NCBI GenBank assembly: GCA_963559365.1
Contig: CAUWKC010000006.1
Coordinates: 1 to 59,175, forward strand
DNA length: 59,175 nucleotides
Origin: an uncultured Clostridia bacterium
GTDB lineage: Bacteria > Bacillota > Clostridia > TANB77 > CAG-508
Direction of reading: 5' to 3'
The first letter of the stretch is position 1, and every line of letters begins with the position of its first letter. The notes beneath the pieces are model-generated. The model ran no database searches, was not told the origin of the DNA, and worked only from the letters and a program-made list of their open reading frames with translations. Positions 9,280 through 19,682 of this stretch are shown here, piece after piece. Made by a program: the position numbers and the translations under genes.

Positions 9280-11118
9280 TTATTCTACAGTTACAGATTT
9301 AGCAAGATTTCTAGGTTTATCAACATCTAATCCTTTTTCTTTAGCAATATAATAAGCTAATAATTGTAAAGGAATAATCGACAAGATAGGAGAGACAATA
9401 GGATTTGTTTTTGGAATTTTAATTGTCATATCAAATCGATTTTCATCTATATCTTGGTTAGTAATAACTAATGTTTTTGCACCACGTGTTACAACTTCTT
9501 GAATATTACTAATCATTTTTTCTACTAATTTTTCATCTGTAATGGTGCTAATAACAGTGATATCATTTTCAATTAAGGCTATAGGTCCATGTTTTAATTC
9601 TCCTGCTGCATAACTTTCAGAATGGATGTAAGAAATTTCTTTTAATTTTAAAGAACCTTCTCTAGAAACAGTTTCATCAATACCTCTGCCTAAAAAGAAA
9701 ATGTCTTTTTCTTGATATATTTTTTTCGCAAATTTTATAATTGGTTCTGATAATTTTAAAGTTTCTTCTACTTTTTTTGGTAATTCTATAATATCCTTTT
9801 TTAACATAGAAACTGTTTTTGTATTAGTTTCTAATATTTCAGCAAAATAAATAGCCAATATAGTAATTAATATAACTTGAGAAGTGTAGGCTTTTGTAGA
9901 AGCAACTGCTATTTCAGGTCCAGCATGTGTGTAAATAGAATAATCTGCTTCTCTAGTAATAGAACTTCCAATAACATTACTGATAGCCAAAGTTTTTGCT
10001 CCTTTTTCTTTGCAAAGTTTTAAAGCAGCAATTGTATCAGCTGTTTCTCCAGATTGAGAAATAAAGATACATAGAGTTTTTTCATCAACTAAAGGATCTC
10101 TATAACGAAATTCAGAAGCGATATCTACTTCTGTAGTAATACCACAAAGTTTTTCTATGGCATTTTTTCCTGATAATCCAGCATGCATAGCAGTACCACA
10201 GGCAACAATATATATTTTACTAAGACTATTTAAATAATCTTTTGTGAAATTTAATTCATCAAATTCACATTTAGAAGAATTGCTAAATTTTGCTCCTATA
10301 GTTTCTCTAATAGCATTAGGTTGTTCATTAATTTCTTTTAACATAAAATCTTCATATCCATCTTTTTCAGCACTAGAAGCATTCCATTCAATTATTTGAG
10401 CTTCTTTTTCAATTTGTTTTAAGTCTTTATCATAAAATTTGATATCATTTCTAGCTAAAACAGCTAATTCAGAATCATTTAATAAATAGAAGTTTCTAGT
10501 AAAAGAAAGGATTGCTGGAATATCAGAAGAAATATAGTTTTCATCTTCTCCTTTTCCAATAACAAGAGGGTTATCTTTTCTTGTAACAATCATATTGTCA
10601 GGGAAATCTTTACAAATAATTTCTATTGCGTAACTTCCTTTAAAATCATAACATGCTTTTTGAACAGCACGTAAAAAACTTAATTCATCTTTTTTCTCAT
10701 CTTTTGAATAATAATAATGAACTAAATTTGGGATAACTTCAGTATCTGTTTGTGAATAAAAAGTATATCCATTTTCAGTTAAGAAATTTCTTAATTCATG
10801 ATAATTTTCTATAATTCCATTATGAACAACACTAAAAGTTTTACTATTATCCATATGTGGATGAGAATTTTCTTGTGATGGTTTTCCATGTGTTGCCCAT
10901 CTGGTATGAGCAATACCAATGGTTCCTGTTAAATCATCGATTCCTTTCAAATTATATAAATTTTTAACTCTTCCTTTATCTTTCATAAGAGAAAGACCAT
11001 TTTTTTCGATTGTTGAAATACCAGCAGAGTCATATCCTCTGTATTCTAATCGAATTAACCCATTTATTAGTATTGGGCTTGCTTTTTTTGTTCCTATGTA
11101 ACCTACAATTCCACACAT
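9280..11118 (-). CDS. glmS: Glutamine--fructose-6-phosphate transaminase
   Basis: MCGIVG, EYRGYDSAG, HTRWATHG, SQSGETADT, PRNLAKSVTVE. Confidence 0.99.
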   Translation of the reverse strand: MCGIVGYIGTKKASPILINGLIRLEYRGYDSAGISTIEKNGLSLMKDKGRVKNLYNLKGIDDLTGTIGIAHTRWATHGKPSQENSHPHMDNSKTFSVVHNGIIENYHELRNFLTENGYTFYSQTDTEVIPNLVHYYYSKDEKKDELSFLRAVQKACYDFKGSYAIEIICKDFPDNMIVTRKDNPLVIGKGEDENYISSDIPAILSFTRNFYLLNDSELAVLARNDIKFYDKDLKQIEKEAQIIEWNASSAEKDGYEDFMLKEINEQPNAIRETIGAKFSNSSKCEFDELNFTKDYLNSLSKIYIVACGTAMHAGLSGKNAIEKLCGITTEVDIASEFRYRDPLVDEKTLCIFISQSGETADTIAALKLCKEKGAKTLAISNVIGSSITREADYSIYTHAGPEIAVASTKAYTSQVILITILAIYFAEILETNTKTVSMLKKDIIELPKKVEETLKLSEPIIKFAKKIYQEKDIFFLGRGIDETVSREGSLKLKEISYIHSESYAAGELKHGPIALIENDITVISTITDEKLVEKMISNIQEVVTRGAKTLVITNQDIDENRFDMTIKIPKTNPIVSPILSIIPLQLLAYYIAKEKGLDVDKPRNLAKSVTVE

Positions 11119-11174
11119 AGTAAATCCTCCTTAAAATAAAATTTTGTTGGAATTGAAAGTATGCAAATAAAAGC

Positions 11175-11317
11175 TTAAATCTATTAATGTTTGTTACAGT
11201 ATTACTACTGATTTTTAAGTTAATAGTATGACTTTAAGCTAAAGCCACTAAGGCATCCGCCGAATTTTTCGATTACCCTAGACCTCGTCAACACAAGTGG
11301 TGTTCAGGCGCTTTATA
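11175..11317 (-). ncRNA. glmS ribozyme/riboswitch
   Basis: Minus strand AAAGCGCCTGAACAC...TGTTGACGAGG...ATCGAAAAATTCGGCGGATGCC upstream of glmS; predicted cleavage A|GCGCC at 11312/11311; 3' boundary approximate. Confidence 0.92.
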
Positions 11318-11486
11318 AAAAATTAATATCCTCCTTCTTTAGAAAATAATTTGCATGTCTTCCAATTTACGTTATTATATTACAATAAAAAGTAAAAAGA
11401 AGCAAGTACTAGCAAAAAAAAAATAAAGGATTGAATTAAAAAGAAATTTATTATATAATCAAAGCATAATAAAAGGGGGGATTAGG

Positions 11487-12179
11487 ATGCAAGAAATAGG
11501 AATAATTGTAGCAATGGATGAAGAAAGAGAAGCCATAATAAATATTATGACAGATGTAACAGTAGAACGAATTTATAATTTAAGATTTTTAAAAGGAAAA
11601 ATACAAGGGAAAAAATGTATTTTAGTAAAAAGTGGAGTAGGAAAAGTAAATGCAGCTAGAACTACTCAAATAATGATTTCTAAATTTAATATATCATATA
11701 TAATTAATTTAGGAGCAGGAGCATCCATCCATAGATTATTAAATATAGGAGATGTAGTCATTGGAAAAAAAGTAGTACAACATGACTTTGATATTACAGC
11801 ATTTGGACATAGTAAAGGATATATAACAGGAGTAGGAGATAGTATTATTTGTGATAGAGACTTAGTAAATGAATTAGAACAAATAGTACAATCTTTTCCA
11901 GAAAGAAATTACAATATTAGGATAGGAACCATAGCAACAGGGGATATTTTTTGTACAGAATCATGGATGAAAGATAAAATAAGAGCTAAATTTGATGCAG
12001 ATGTAGTAGATATGGAATGTGGAGCTATTGGGCAAGTATGTTATTTAGACAACATACCATTTGTAGTAATTAGAAGTATATCTGACACACCAAATGGAAA
12101 TAATGCAACAACATTTGATGAAAATTTAAAATTAGCATCTAAACGTTGTGCAAATCTATTAAAAGAATTTCTAAGCTAA
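11487..12179 (+). CDS. mtnN: 5'-methylthioadenosine/S-adenosylhomocysteine nucleosidase
   Basis: IGIIVAMDEE, SGVGKVNAA, TGDIF, VDME, IRSISD. Confidence 0.93.
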   Translation: MQEIGIIVAMDEEREAIINIMTDVTVERIYNLRFLKGKIQGKKCILVKSGVGKVNAARTTQIMISKFNISYIINLGAGASIHRLLNIGDVVIGKKVVQHDFDITAFGHSKGYITGVGDSIICDRDLVNELEQIVQSFPERNYNIRIGTIATGDIFCTESWMKDKIRAKFDADVVDMECGAIGQVCYLDNIPFVVIRSISDTPNGNNATTFDENLKLASKRCANLLKEFLS

Positions 12180-12185
12180 ACGGTC

Positions 12186-12207
12186 TTTTTTGGGACGGAG
12201 AAAAAAA
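12186..12207 (+). repeat. Single copy of REP family 2
   Basis: TTTTTTGGGACGGAGAAAAAAA matches the unit at 49870-49995. Confidence 0.6.
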
Positions 12208-12287
12208 CTGTTATACTAAATTTTTTGTATTTGTGTATAATTTTTTAAAATTAGTGTATAATCTAAGAAATAGAAAGGAGAGATTTT

Positions 12288-13364
12288 ATGGATAGAAAAA
12301 TTAAAGTAGTACAATATGGAGTAGGAAAAATGAGTGTCTATACTATGAGATATGTTTATGAAAAAGGAGCAGAAATAGTCGGAGCAATTGATTTAAATCC
12401 TGATTTGATTGGAAAAGATATAGGAGACATCATGGGAACTGAACAAAAAGGAGTAAAAGTAGTTTCCTTAGAAGAAGCAGAAGCTATGATGAAAGAAACA
12501 AAACCAGATGTAGCGATTGTTACCACTATGAGTTTAATTCGTGATGTAGAAGATGCATTAACATTATGTGCAAAATTAGGAATAAATGCTATTACTACTT
12601 GTGAAGAAGCATTTTATCCAGCTAATTCAAACCCTAGTATAACAGAAAAAATTGACGAAATAGCAAAAAAGACGAACTGTACAATAACAGGAAGTGGTTA
12701 TCAAGACATATACTGGGGACAATTAATTTCTAGTATTGCAGGCTCCACACAAACCATTAAAAAAATCAAAGGAAGTTCAAGTTATAATGTAGAGGATTAT
12801 GGGATTGCATTAGCACAAGCTCATGGAGCAGGATTAACATTAGAAGACTTTGACAAACAAGTAGCATCTGTAGATAGAATCACAGATGAAGAAAGACAAG
12901 CTATGATTGAAAAAGGAGAATACTTACCATCTTATATGTGGAATGTAAATGGATGGTTATGTGATAAATTAGGATTAAAAGTAAAAAGGCAAACACAAAA
13001 AACAGTACCACAAACCCACACAGAAGATATTGAATCTTCTACATTAGGAATGACAGTAAAAGCAGGAATGGCAACAGGTATGAGTGCTGTTGTTACAACT
13101 GAAACAGAAGAAGGAATTATAATTGAAAGCGAGTGTATTGGTAAAGTATACTCAAAGGAAGATTTTGATAAAAATGAATGGACAGTAATAGGAGAGCCAG
13201 AAACGACATTAATTATCAATAGACCATCTACAGTTGAATTGACTTGTGCATCTGTTGTAAACCGCATACCAGATGTTATAAACAGTAAATCAGGTTATGT
13301 TCCAACAGAAGAAATGGGAGAATTAAATTATAAAGTGAAACCTCTAAATGAATATGTAAAATAA
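12288..13364 (+). CDS. NAD(P)-dependent dehydrogenase, 2,4-diaminopentanoate/amine dehydrogenase (DapB-like N-domain) family
   Basis: Rossmann VVQYGVGKM, NAITTCEE, VNRIPDVINSKSG C-terminus. Confidence 0.7.
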   Translation: MDRKIKVVQYGVGKMSVYTMRYVYEKGAEIVGAIDLNPDLIGKDIGDIMGTEQKGVKVVSLEEAEAMMKETKPDVAIVTTMSLIRDVEDALTLCAKLGINAITTCEEAFYPANSNPSITEKIDEIAKKTNCTITGSGYQDIYWGQLISSIAGSTQTIKKIKGSSSYNVEDYGIALAQAHGAGLTLEDFDKQVASVDRITDEERQAMIEKGEYLPSYMWNVNGWLCDKLGLKVKRQTQKTVPQTHTEDIESSTLGMTVKAGMATGMSAVVTTETEEGIIIESECIGKVYSKEDFDKNEWTVIGEPETTLIINRPSTVELTCASVVNRIPDVINSKSGYVPTEEMGELNYKVKPLNEYVK

Positions 13365-13444
13365 GCTAGTACCTAAAAAATGGAAAAAGAACTTGATTTT
13401 CAAGTTCTTTTATGCTATAATAGTAATGTATGAGGTGAAAAAAA

Positions 13445-13761
13445 TGCAATTACAAGAAAATAATGTAAAAACAAATAGAAAATTTTCAGAAGTAATAAAA
13501 GGGATATTATTGAACCCAATTATTTTTCTTGGGAAAATGTCAGGAGAAGGCTTTGGGGTGGAAGAAGACGAAGTTGACTTACCAAAAGAATTACAAGAAG
13601 TAAGTGATAAAATAACCAAAAAGGGAATTGCCATGAATGAAAGCTATGGTTTAAATGATTATAAAAAAGCTTTAAAGAAAGATATTCAGGTAACAAAATC
13701 TCCAAAAGTTGAAAAAACAGAACATAATAAAACAATAAAATTAGAAGATAAAGAAAGATAA
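13445..13761 (+). CDS. Hypothetical protein
   Basis: GAGGTG RBS before ATG near 13444-13446 (MQLQENN...); ORF track 13393..13761; no recognisable family. Confidence 0.55.
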
Positions 13762-13796
13762 AAACACAAGAAAATAAAATTTCTTGTATTTTTATC

Positions 13797-13825
13797 TTGA
13801 CAAATTGAAAAACTACCTTTATAAT
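13797..13825 (+). promoter_or_regulatory. SigA promoter of tRNA gene
   Basis: TTGACA-17 nt-TATAAT. Confidence 0.8.
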
Positions 13826-13845
13826 AAATAACGTCGTAGAAATAT

Positions 13846-13922
13846 GGCGAAGTAGCTCAGTTGGCTAGAGCATTCGGTTCATACCCGAAGGGTCATGTGT
13901 TCGAATCACATCTTCGCTACCA
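13846..13922 (+). tRNA. tRNA-Met (CAT), elongator type
   Basis: GGCGAAG acceptor stem, TAGCTCAGTTGGCTAGAGC D arm, TTCGG-TTCATAC-CCGAA anticodon arm, TTCGAA T loop, encoded CCA. Confidence 0.95.
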
Positions 13923-14182
13923 AGAAAAAAATACTGAAAGTAGCTTATATCTAAAGATATAGGCTATTTTATTTTTTTGGTTAATAGATTATGGAACATT
14001 TTTAAATTGTATAAATCTTAAAGGAGATATTGATTTGAATAATATTACATATATTGGAAATTATATATGATGTATTAGTACTGGTATTTATCCAGTACTT
14101 TTTTGCACTTGAAATATTTTATAAAAACATAAAAATCACTTATAAAGAAAAAATAAAAAAGAAATAAAATCTTAAAAATATT

Positions 14183-14247
14183 TTTCGTAAAACAAAAAGA
14201 CTATTTCGTAAAAGTAATGAATAAAATAAAAACAAAGATGATATTAT
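14183..14247 (+). promoter_or_regulatory. LytTR (AgrA)-type tandem boxes and extended -10 of agrBD
   Basis: TTTCGTAAAA at 14183 and 14204 (21-bp period), TGaTATTAT at 14239-14247. Confidence 0.7.
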
Positions 14248-14271
14248 CATAACAGATAATGAGGTGAAGAA

Positions 14272-14898
14272 ATGATAGATAAATTCTGTATGTTTCTAAC
14301 CAATAAAATTAGAAAAGAAATGCCAGAAATTAATGATGAAAAAGCAGAAGTCATTAATTATGGACTTCAAAATATTATTGGAGAATTACCAAAAACATTT
14401 TTAGTATTAATTATTGCTTTGTTTTTAGGAATATGGAAAGAAACTTTATTAACTTTTTTCTTATTAATACCATATAAAAATGCATCTGGTGGATTTCACT
14501 TAAAAACGCATTTAGGATGTATTATAGGAACAACGCTTTTTTATTGTGGAATAGCAATACTTTCGAAATCAATTATATTAACAGAAATTATAAAATATAT
14601 TTTAATAGGTTGCATATGGATTTTTGGAATGATAATGATAAAACTATATGCACCAGCAGACACTGAAAATGTTCCAATTTTAACAAAAAAAGAAAGAAAA
14701 AAGAATCAAATAATTTCTTATATTACATTTACAATTGGATTATTAATAGCAGGACTTATTAAAAATCAAATAATTTCTAATATTATTATATTTGGTTACC
14801 TATTACAAACTCTAACAATAACAAAATTAGCATATAGATTAACAAATAATAAATATGGATATGAAGTATATACAAATACTTCAACAGAAAATGCTTAA
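14272..14898 (+). CDS. agrB: Accessory gene regulator B (AIP-processing peptidase)
   Basis: YGLQ, SGGFH...C catalytic motif, YAPADT..VPI. Confidence 0.92.
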   Translation: MIDKFCMFLTNKIRKEMPEINDEKAEVINYGLQNIIGELPKTFLVLIIALFLGIWKETLLTFFLLIPYKNASGGFHLKTHLGCIIGTTLFYCGIAILSKSIILTEIIKYILIGCIWIFGMIMIKLYAPADTENVPILTKKERKKNQIISYITFTIGLLIAGLIKNQIISNIIIFGYLLQTLTITKLAYRLTNNKYGYEVYTNTSTENA

Positions 14899-14960
14899 TA
14901 TAAAACATAAGCCGGCATGTTTTGTGTTATATAAATTACTAAAGAGGGGGAGATTTTAAT

Positions 14961-15080
14961 ATGTTAAAATTCTTAGCAAAAGTAGCAGAAAAATATGCAA
15001 CTTCAACCAATACAGCTTGTAGAGTAATTTGGATATTCCATCAACCAAAAATGCCAGCAAGTTTAATTAAAAAAGATTAA
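14961..15080 (+). CDS. agrD: AgrD cyclic autoinducing peptide precursor (39 aa)
   Basis: Not in ORF track; GAGGGGGAG RBS; MLKFLAKVAEKYATSTNTACRVIWIFHQPKMPASLIKKD with clostridial C...HQPKxP signature right after agrB. Confidence 0.9.
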   Translation: MLKFLAKVAEKYATSTNTACRVIWIFHQPKMPASLIKKD

Positions 15081-15160
15081 TAAATTTGCATTGGTAAAAA
15101 TAGGACGAAATATTATTTTTACCAATGATGTAACTTAAAAGTTATATTTATACAATCCAA

Positions 15161-15193
15161 CAAAAAAACAGCTTTTTTCAAAGCTGTTTTTTT
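15161..15193. terminator. Bidirectional terminator agrD/agrC
   Basis: CAAAAAAACAGCTTT-tttc-AAAGCTGTTTTTTTG. Confidence 0.85.
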
Positions 15194-15203
15194 GTATAAA
15201 AAA

Positions 15204-16548
15204 TTAATAAATTTCTAATTGTTGAGAGAAGAATTTATTAGTTTTTGAGGTATATAAATTAACATTTGAATTTTTCTTTATAATTTTTCGTACTTCCCAT
15301 AAACCTAATCCAGTATGATTTTCTTTTTCAGTATTTCCCTTTTCAAATATTGTTTCTGTATTAATTTCTTTATTTTTGTAGGTGTTTTCAATTATTATTA
15401 GTTGTCTATTGTTTTTATTATCATTTCTAAAAGTAATATTAATAATTTTTTCATTACATTCTAAGCTAGCTTCAATGGCATTATCTAATAAAATACCTAA
15501 AATTCTAGCAAATTCATAAATTTTCATTTTTAGAGTTTGTAAATCTAGTAAAAATGTCATATTAATTTTTATATTTTTAGATTCTGCTTGATGATATTTA
15601 TTAGTAAGTAGATTATATATACCGTGGATTGTTTACGATTTCAGGATTTAATAAATATAAATTGTTTACTTTTTGACAATCATCTTCTAGCTGTAAGTAA
15701 TAGTTTTTTAAACCTTCTATATCCTCTGTACGGATATATCCACCAATAGTTGTAACAATATTATCAAAATCATGTTTAAAACCGCGAACATTATCATGTA
15801 AAATATGTAAAGTTTTGTTATACTCTTCTGCACTTTCTAATTTTTTAGTTGTTAGTGTTAATTTCATTATACTAGTTAAGCTATATACACTAATTATAAA
15901 ATAAGCTAGTAAGGATATAAAACTTAAAAAAGTAATAATCATTGGTAAAGTGTCTACATAATAAAATAGAATAAAAGTTTGTACAATTAAAGCAATTATT
16001 CCAAAAATGAAATTTGATACTAGAGTCATTTTACTTTTTTTATCTATGTCATCATAGAAAGTTATTTGTAAATTTCTATGATTGAATATTAAAATTAATA
16101 AATAAGTAACTAAATATATTGTCATTGTATAAAGAAAATTATAAATAGGGATATTAGCTAATTCATCAGTTGTTATATGGAAGATATTTAAGTAAGGACT
16201 TAAAATCAAACTACCTATTAAAGCAATTATCAATAAAGAAGATACAGTAGAAATTAAAGTTTTTAAAATAGATGCTTTAAAGATAAATAATGCTAATATA
16301 AAGAAAATAAGGTAATTAAAAAATAAATTATATGGTTCAGGAACAATGTAGCTAACAATAATAGTTGGAATAGTGTATAAAACAACATAGTATATTTTAC
16401 TTATCTTAGTTGATTGGATGTTTAAAATAGTAAGAAATAACATCATCGATAAATAAACTTCCAAAAAAGTTAAAGGCAACATAATTAATTCTGTTATAAA
16501 TTCATTTGAAGTAGTTAATAAACTCCATATATTGTTAAAAATTTCCAT
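15204..16548 (-). CDS. agrC: AgrC-type sensor histidine kinase (447 aa after +1 shift at CGG 15624-15622)
   Basis: TM region, H-box RGFKHDFDN, then CCA-C-GGT-ATA-TAT joins NNPGIYNLLTNK to the GHKL domain (GILLDNAIEA, HTGLGL). Confidence 0.88.
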
Positions 16549-17245
16549 AATTTTTTAAAACCTCCATAAAATCTCTTTTGTATTTAGGACCAATATCACA
16601 GGTATTACCATCTTTAAAAGTAATTGTACCAGAAACAGGTTCCACATCTTTAATCTGACTTAAATTAGCAATATAAGATTTATGACATCTAATATAAGTA
16701 TCAGGTAATTTATCTTGAAACTTATTAAAAGAGCTATAAGTATCATAATCACGAGAAGAAGTATGGAAAACCAACTTCATTCCATCTCTTTTAACATATT
16801 GAATTTCAGCTTCATCAATAATAGTATTTTTATTATCAATTTTAATATATCGTTTACTTACCTCATTAGCATCTTCAAATAAACGATTTACAGTTTCCTC
16901 TAATCGGTCATAAGTAATTGGTTTAGCAAGATAATCAAAAGTCTTGTATTTATAAGCAACCATAGCATACTCCAGATGTCCAGTTGTAAAAATAATATAA
17001 GAATTTTTCTTTCTCTTTCTAATTTCTTCAGCTAACTCTAAGCCACTTTTGTTAGACTTTAAATTAATATCCAATAATAAAACATCAACAACATTATTAT
17101 CAATATAACTTAAAATATCATCACTATTATCTGATTTAAACACGACAGAAGCATTATAATTATTTTTAGTAAAAATAGATTCTAACATTTTTCCTAATCG
17201 GTCTAAAATATTTAAATTATCATCGCAAATTACGAAATTTAGCAT
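16535..17245 (-). CDS. agrA: AgrA-type LytTR response regulator
   Basis: MLNFVICDDN, LLDI, FDYLAKP receiver domain; IRCHKSYIAN LytTR domain; ORF track start 17254. Confidence 0.92.
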   Translation of the reverse strand: MLNFVICDDNLNILDRLGKMLESIFTKNNYNASVVFKSDNSDDILSYIDNNVVDVLLLDINLKSNKSGLELAEEIRKRKKNSYIIFTTGHLEYAMVAYKYKTFDYLAKPITYDRLEETVNRLFEDANEVSKRYIKIDNKNTIIDEAEIQYVKRDGMKLVFHTSSRDYDTYSSFNKFQDKLPDTYIRCHKSYIANLSQIKDVEPVSGTITFKDGNTCDIGPKYKRDFMEVLKNYGNF

Positions 17246-17560
17246 GTTACACACCCTTTATTTTTATGATAGAAAAAAATATGGAAACAAGGTTTGACAA
17301 AATATATCAAATTACCTTAATTTTCCAGACATACTAACAATATAATCTAAAAAGTGAAACTTGTCAATAGTAATTTACAAAATTATCCAGTTAGTAAAAC
17401 GATTAATATTACTAAAACACGCCGTAAGAACTTAAAATATGACAAAGAAAAATAAACTTAAAATGTTATATAAAAAGGTAGATATAAAAAATACAAAAAC
17501 TTAAAAATAAAAAATGTTGAATTATAAAAAAAAATAGTATATAATAAAAACACAAATAAT

Positions 17561-17700
17561 TGAGACAACAGGGACAGTTCAAATTTGTCTCACGAATTTA
17601 GTAGATTAAAGTTGAAAAATGTCGAAACACTTTACTTAAGCAAAATTCGACAAAAAAAGATAAAAAAGTGAGACAAATTTGAACTGTCCCTGTTGTCTCA
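17561..17700. repeat. REPIN-like doublet (family 1) upstream of pdaA
   Basis: 33-bp perfect inverted arms TGAGACAACAGGGACAGTTCAAATTTGTCTCAC at 17561-17593 and 17668-17700. Confidence 0.9.
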
Positions 17701-17791
17701 TCTTCAAAAACTGGCTTGCCATTTTTATTAATATAGTTATTTTTTTAAAGATAAAAACATAAATATTATAAAGAAATGGGGAGGAATTAGA

Positions 17792-18208
17792 ATGAAGAAA
17801 GTTATAGTAATAACATTGTTGATGATATTAGTTTTTTCTTTAAGTGTTATTGAAATGAATCATAAAGATAATACAGCTATAAAAACTAATGTAGAAAATG
17901 GTATAAGTAACAAAAAAATAGGATGGGGTATAAAAAGAAACAATAATCATGAACAGCCAGATGTAGGAACTTATAATAAAAAAGTATTAGAAGAAAATGA
18001 AGGAATTTGTTTAGGAAATTCAGAAAAAAAAGTAATTTATTTAACTTTTGATCAAGGATATGAAGCTGGTTATACACCACAATTACTAGAAATATTAAAA
18101 GAAAATCAAATAAAAGCAACATTTTTTTTAACAGCTCACTATGTAAATACACAACCAGATTTAGTTAAACAAATGATAAACGAAGGGCATATTGTAGGAA
18201 ATCATACA
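17792..18208 (+). CDS. pdaA: PdaA-like polysaccharide deacetylase, 5' part (interrupted by recombinase element)
   Basis: IYLTFDQGYEAGYT, KATFF, MINEGHIVGNHT; homology stops at att core. Confidence 0.88.
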
Positions 18209-18278
18209 CCTAACGCTTTAATGTCTTAAATATTTATAACATACTAATAAATAATTAATAAAATGTGGAGAAAGAGAT

Positions 18279-18887
18279 ATGAAAAATATAAGTAAAATAA
18301 TAACAAATATAGTAAGAATCAGTATAATATTAATTGGATTTTTATTGATTTTTAAACAAGAATATAAAAATATAGGAATTTTAGTATTAACTTTTTTATT
18401 AACTTTTTATGATAAAGTAGTAGAAAGAATTTTAAAAATAAAATTAGATGAAAAACTAAAAATTTCATTAATACTATTCATTTTTGGTGCACAATGTTTA
18501 GGTACAGTTTTAGGATTTTATCATAAATTTTTATGGTGGGATACAATGCTACATACTTTATCTGGAATTATCTTCTTTTTAGTAGGACAAGAAGTCATAA
18601 AACAATTAGATAGTAGTAATAAATTAAACAGTAAAATAATTATAGCATTTGGAATTTGTTTTTCTTTATCAACAGGAGTTATTTGGGAAATATTTGAATT
18701 TTTAGTTGATAGTTTTTTAGGGCAAAACATGCAAGTTGCTAGAGATGGTATAGGAAGAGAGGCTCTTATGGATACAATGGTAGATTTAATTTCAGTAACT
18801 GTGGGAACATTAATTATAGTAGTTATTAAAGTTTTAAAAAATAAAATAAAAAAAGGAGAAAAAAATGAAAAAAGCAAGAACATATAG
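18279..18887 (+). CDS. DUF2238-like integral membrane protein
   Basis: WWDTMLHTLSG, WEIFEF, DTMVDL motifs, multiple TM segments. Confidence 0.7.
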   Translation: MKNISKIITNIVRISIILIGFLLIFKQEYKNIGILVLTFLLTFYDKVVERILKIKLDEKLKISLILFIFGAQCLGTVLGFYHKFLWWDTMLHTLSGIIFFLVGQEVIKQLDSSNKLNSKIIIAFGICFSLSTGVIWEIFEFLVDSFLGQNMQVARDGIGREALMDTMVDLISVTVGTLIIVVIKVLKNKIKKGEKNEKSKNI

Positions 18888-19665
18888 AAAAAGAGATTTA
18901 ACAGTATATATAGTATTAAGAATATTAGTAATTATAACAATTGTAGTACAAGCACTTAGAGGAAATTTTGAAAATGTATTTTTAGGAATATTAACCTTGA
19001 TTTTATTTACAATTCCTTCAATTATAGATAAAAAATTAAATATAAAATTACCAAATGCATTAGAAACAGTTATATTACTTTTTATCTTTTCAGCAGAAAT
19101 ATTAGGAGAAATACAAAATTTTTATGGAATTTTTAAATTTTGGGATACTATGTTACATACAATTAATGGGTTCTTATGTGCAGCAATTGGATTTTCTCTT
19201 ATTGATATTTTAAATAGAAGCCCTAAATTTCATATGAAAATGTCACCAATTTTTGTAGCTTTAGTAGCATTTTGTTTTTCAATGACAATAGGAATTTTAT
19301 GGGAATTTTTTGAATTTGGTTCAGATATTTTTTTCAGAACAGATATGCAAAAAGATAGAATTACATCATCAGTATCTTCTGTGTTAATAAATGAAAAAGG
19401 AGAAAATGTGCCTGTTAAGATAGATAATATAAAAGAAACAACTTTAACTTATGAAGAAAATGGATACAATAAAGAATTGGTAATTAAAGGTGGTAATTTA
19501 GATATAGGGCTAAAAGACACTATGAAAGATTTAATAGTAAATTTTCTTGGGGCAATAGTATTTTCTATTATAGGACTTTTATACATAAAAAATAGAGATG
19601 AATATAAATTTGCAGAAAACTTTATTCCTATCATTAAAGATAAAGAAAAGGATGTAGACGATTAA
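18865..19665 (+). CDS. DUF2238-like integral membrane protein (paralogue of upstream gene)
   Basis: FWDTMLHTING, WEFFEF, DTMKDL. Confidence 0.7.
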   Translation: MKKARTYRKRDLTVYIVLRILVIITIVVQALRGNFENVFLGILTLILFTIPSIIDKKLNIKLPNALETVILLFIFSAEILGEIQNFYGIFKFWDTMLHTINGFLCAAIGFSLIDILNRSPKFHMKMSPIFVALVAFCFSMTIGILWEFFEFGSDIFFRTDMQKDRITSSVSSVLINEKGENVPVKIDNIKETTLTYEENGYNKELVIKGGNLDIGLKDTMKDLIVNFLGAIVFSIIGLLYIKNRDEYKFAENFIPIIKDKEKDVDD

Positions 19666-19682
19666 ATTAGAAGGAGATTATT

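Noticed and set aside
8936-9352. 138-aa ORF as called in the track
   Set aside because: It crosses a terminator and overlaps glmS. It is replaced by the frameshifted bofA 8984-9248.
13846-13922. tRNA as a frameshift suppressor
   Set aside because: It has a normal 7-nt anticodon loop with CAT and is an ordinary tRNA-Met.
13923-17560. agr locus as an island integrated at tRNA-Met
   Set aside because: I found no integrase and no duplicated tRNA 3' end.
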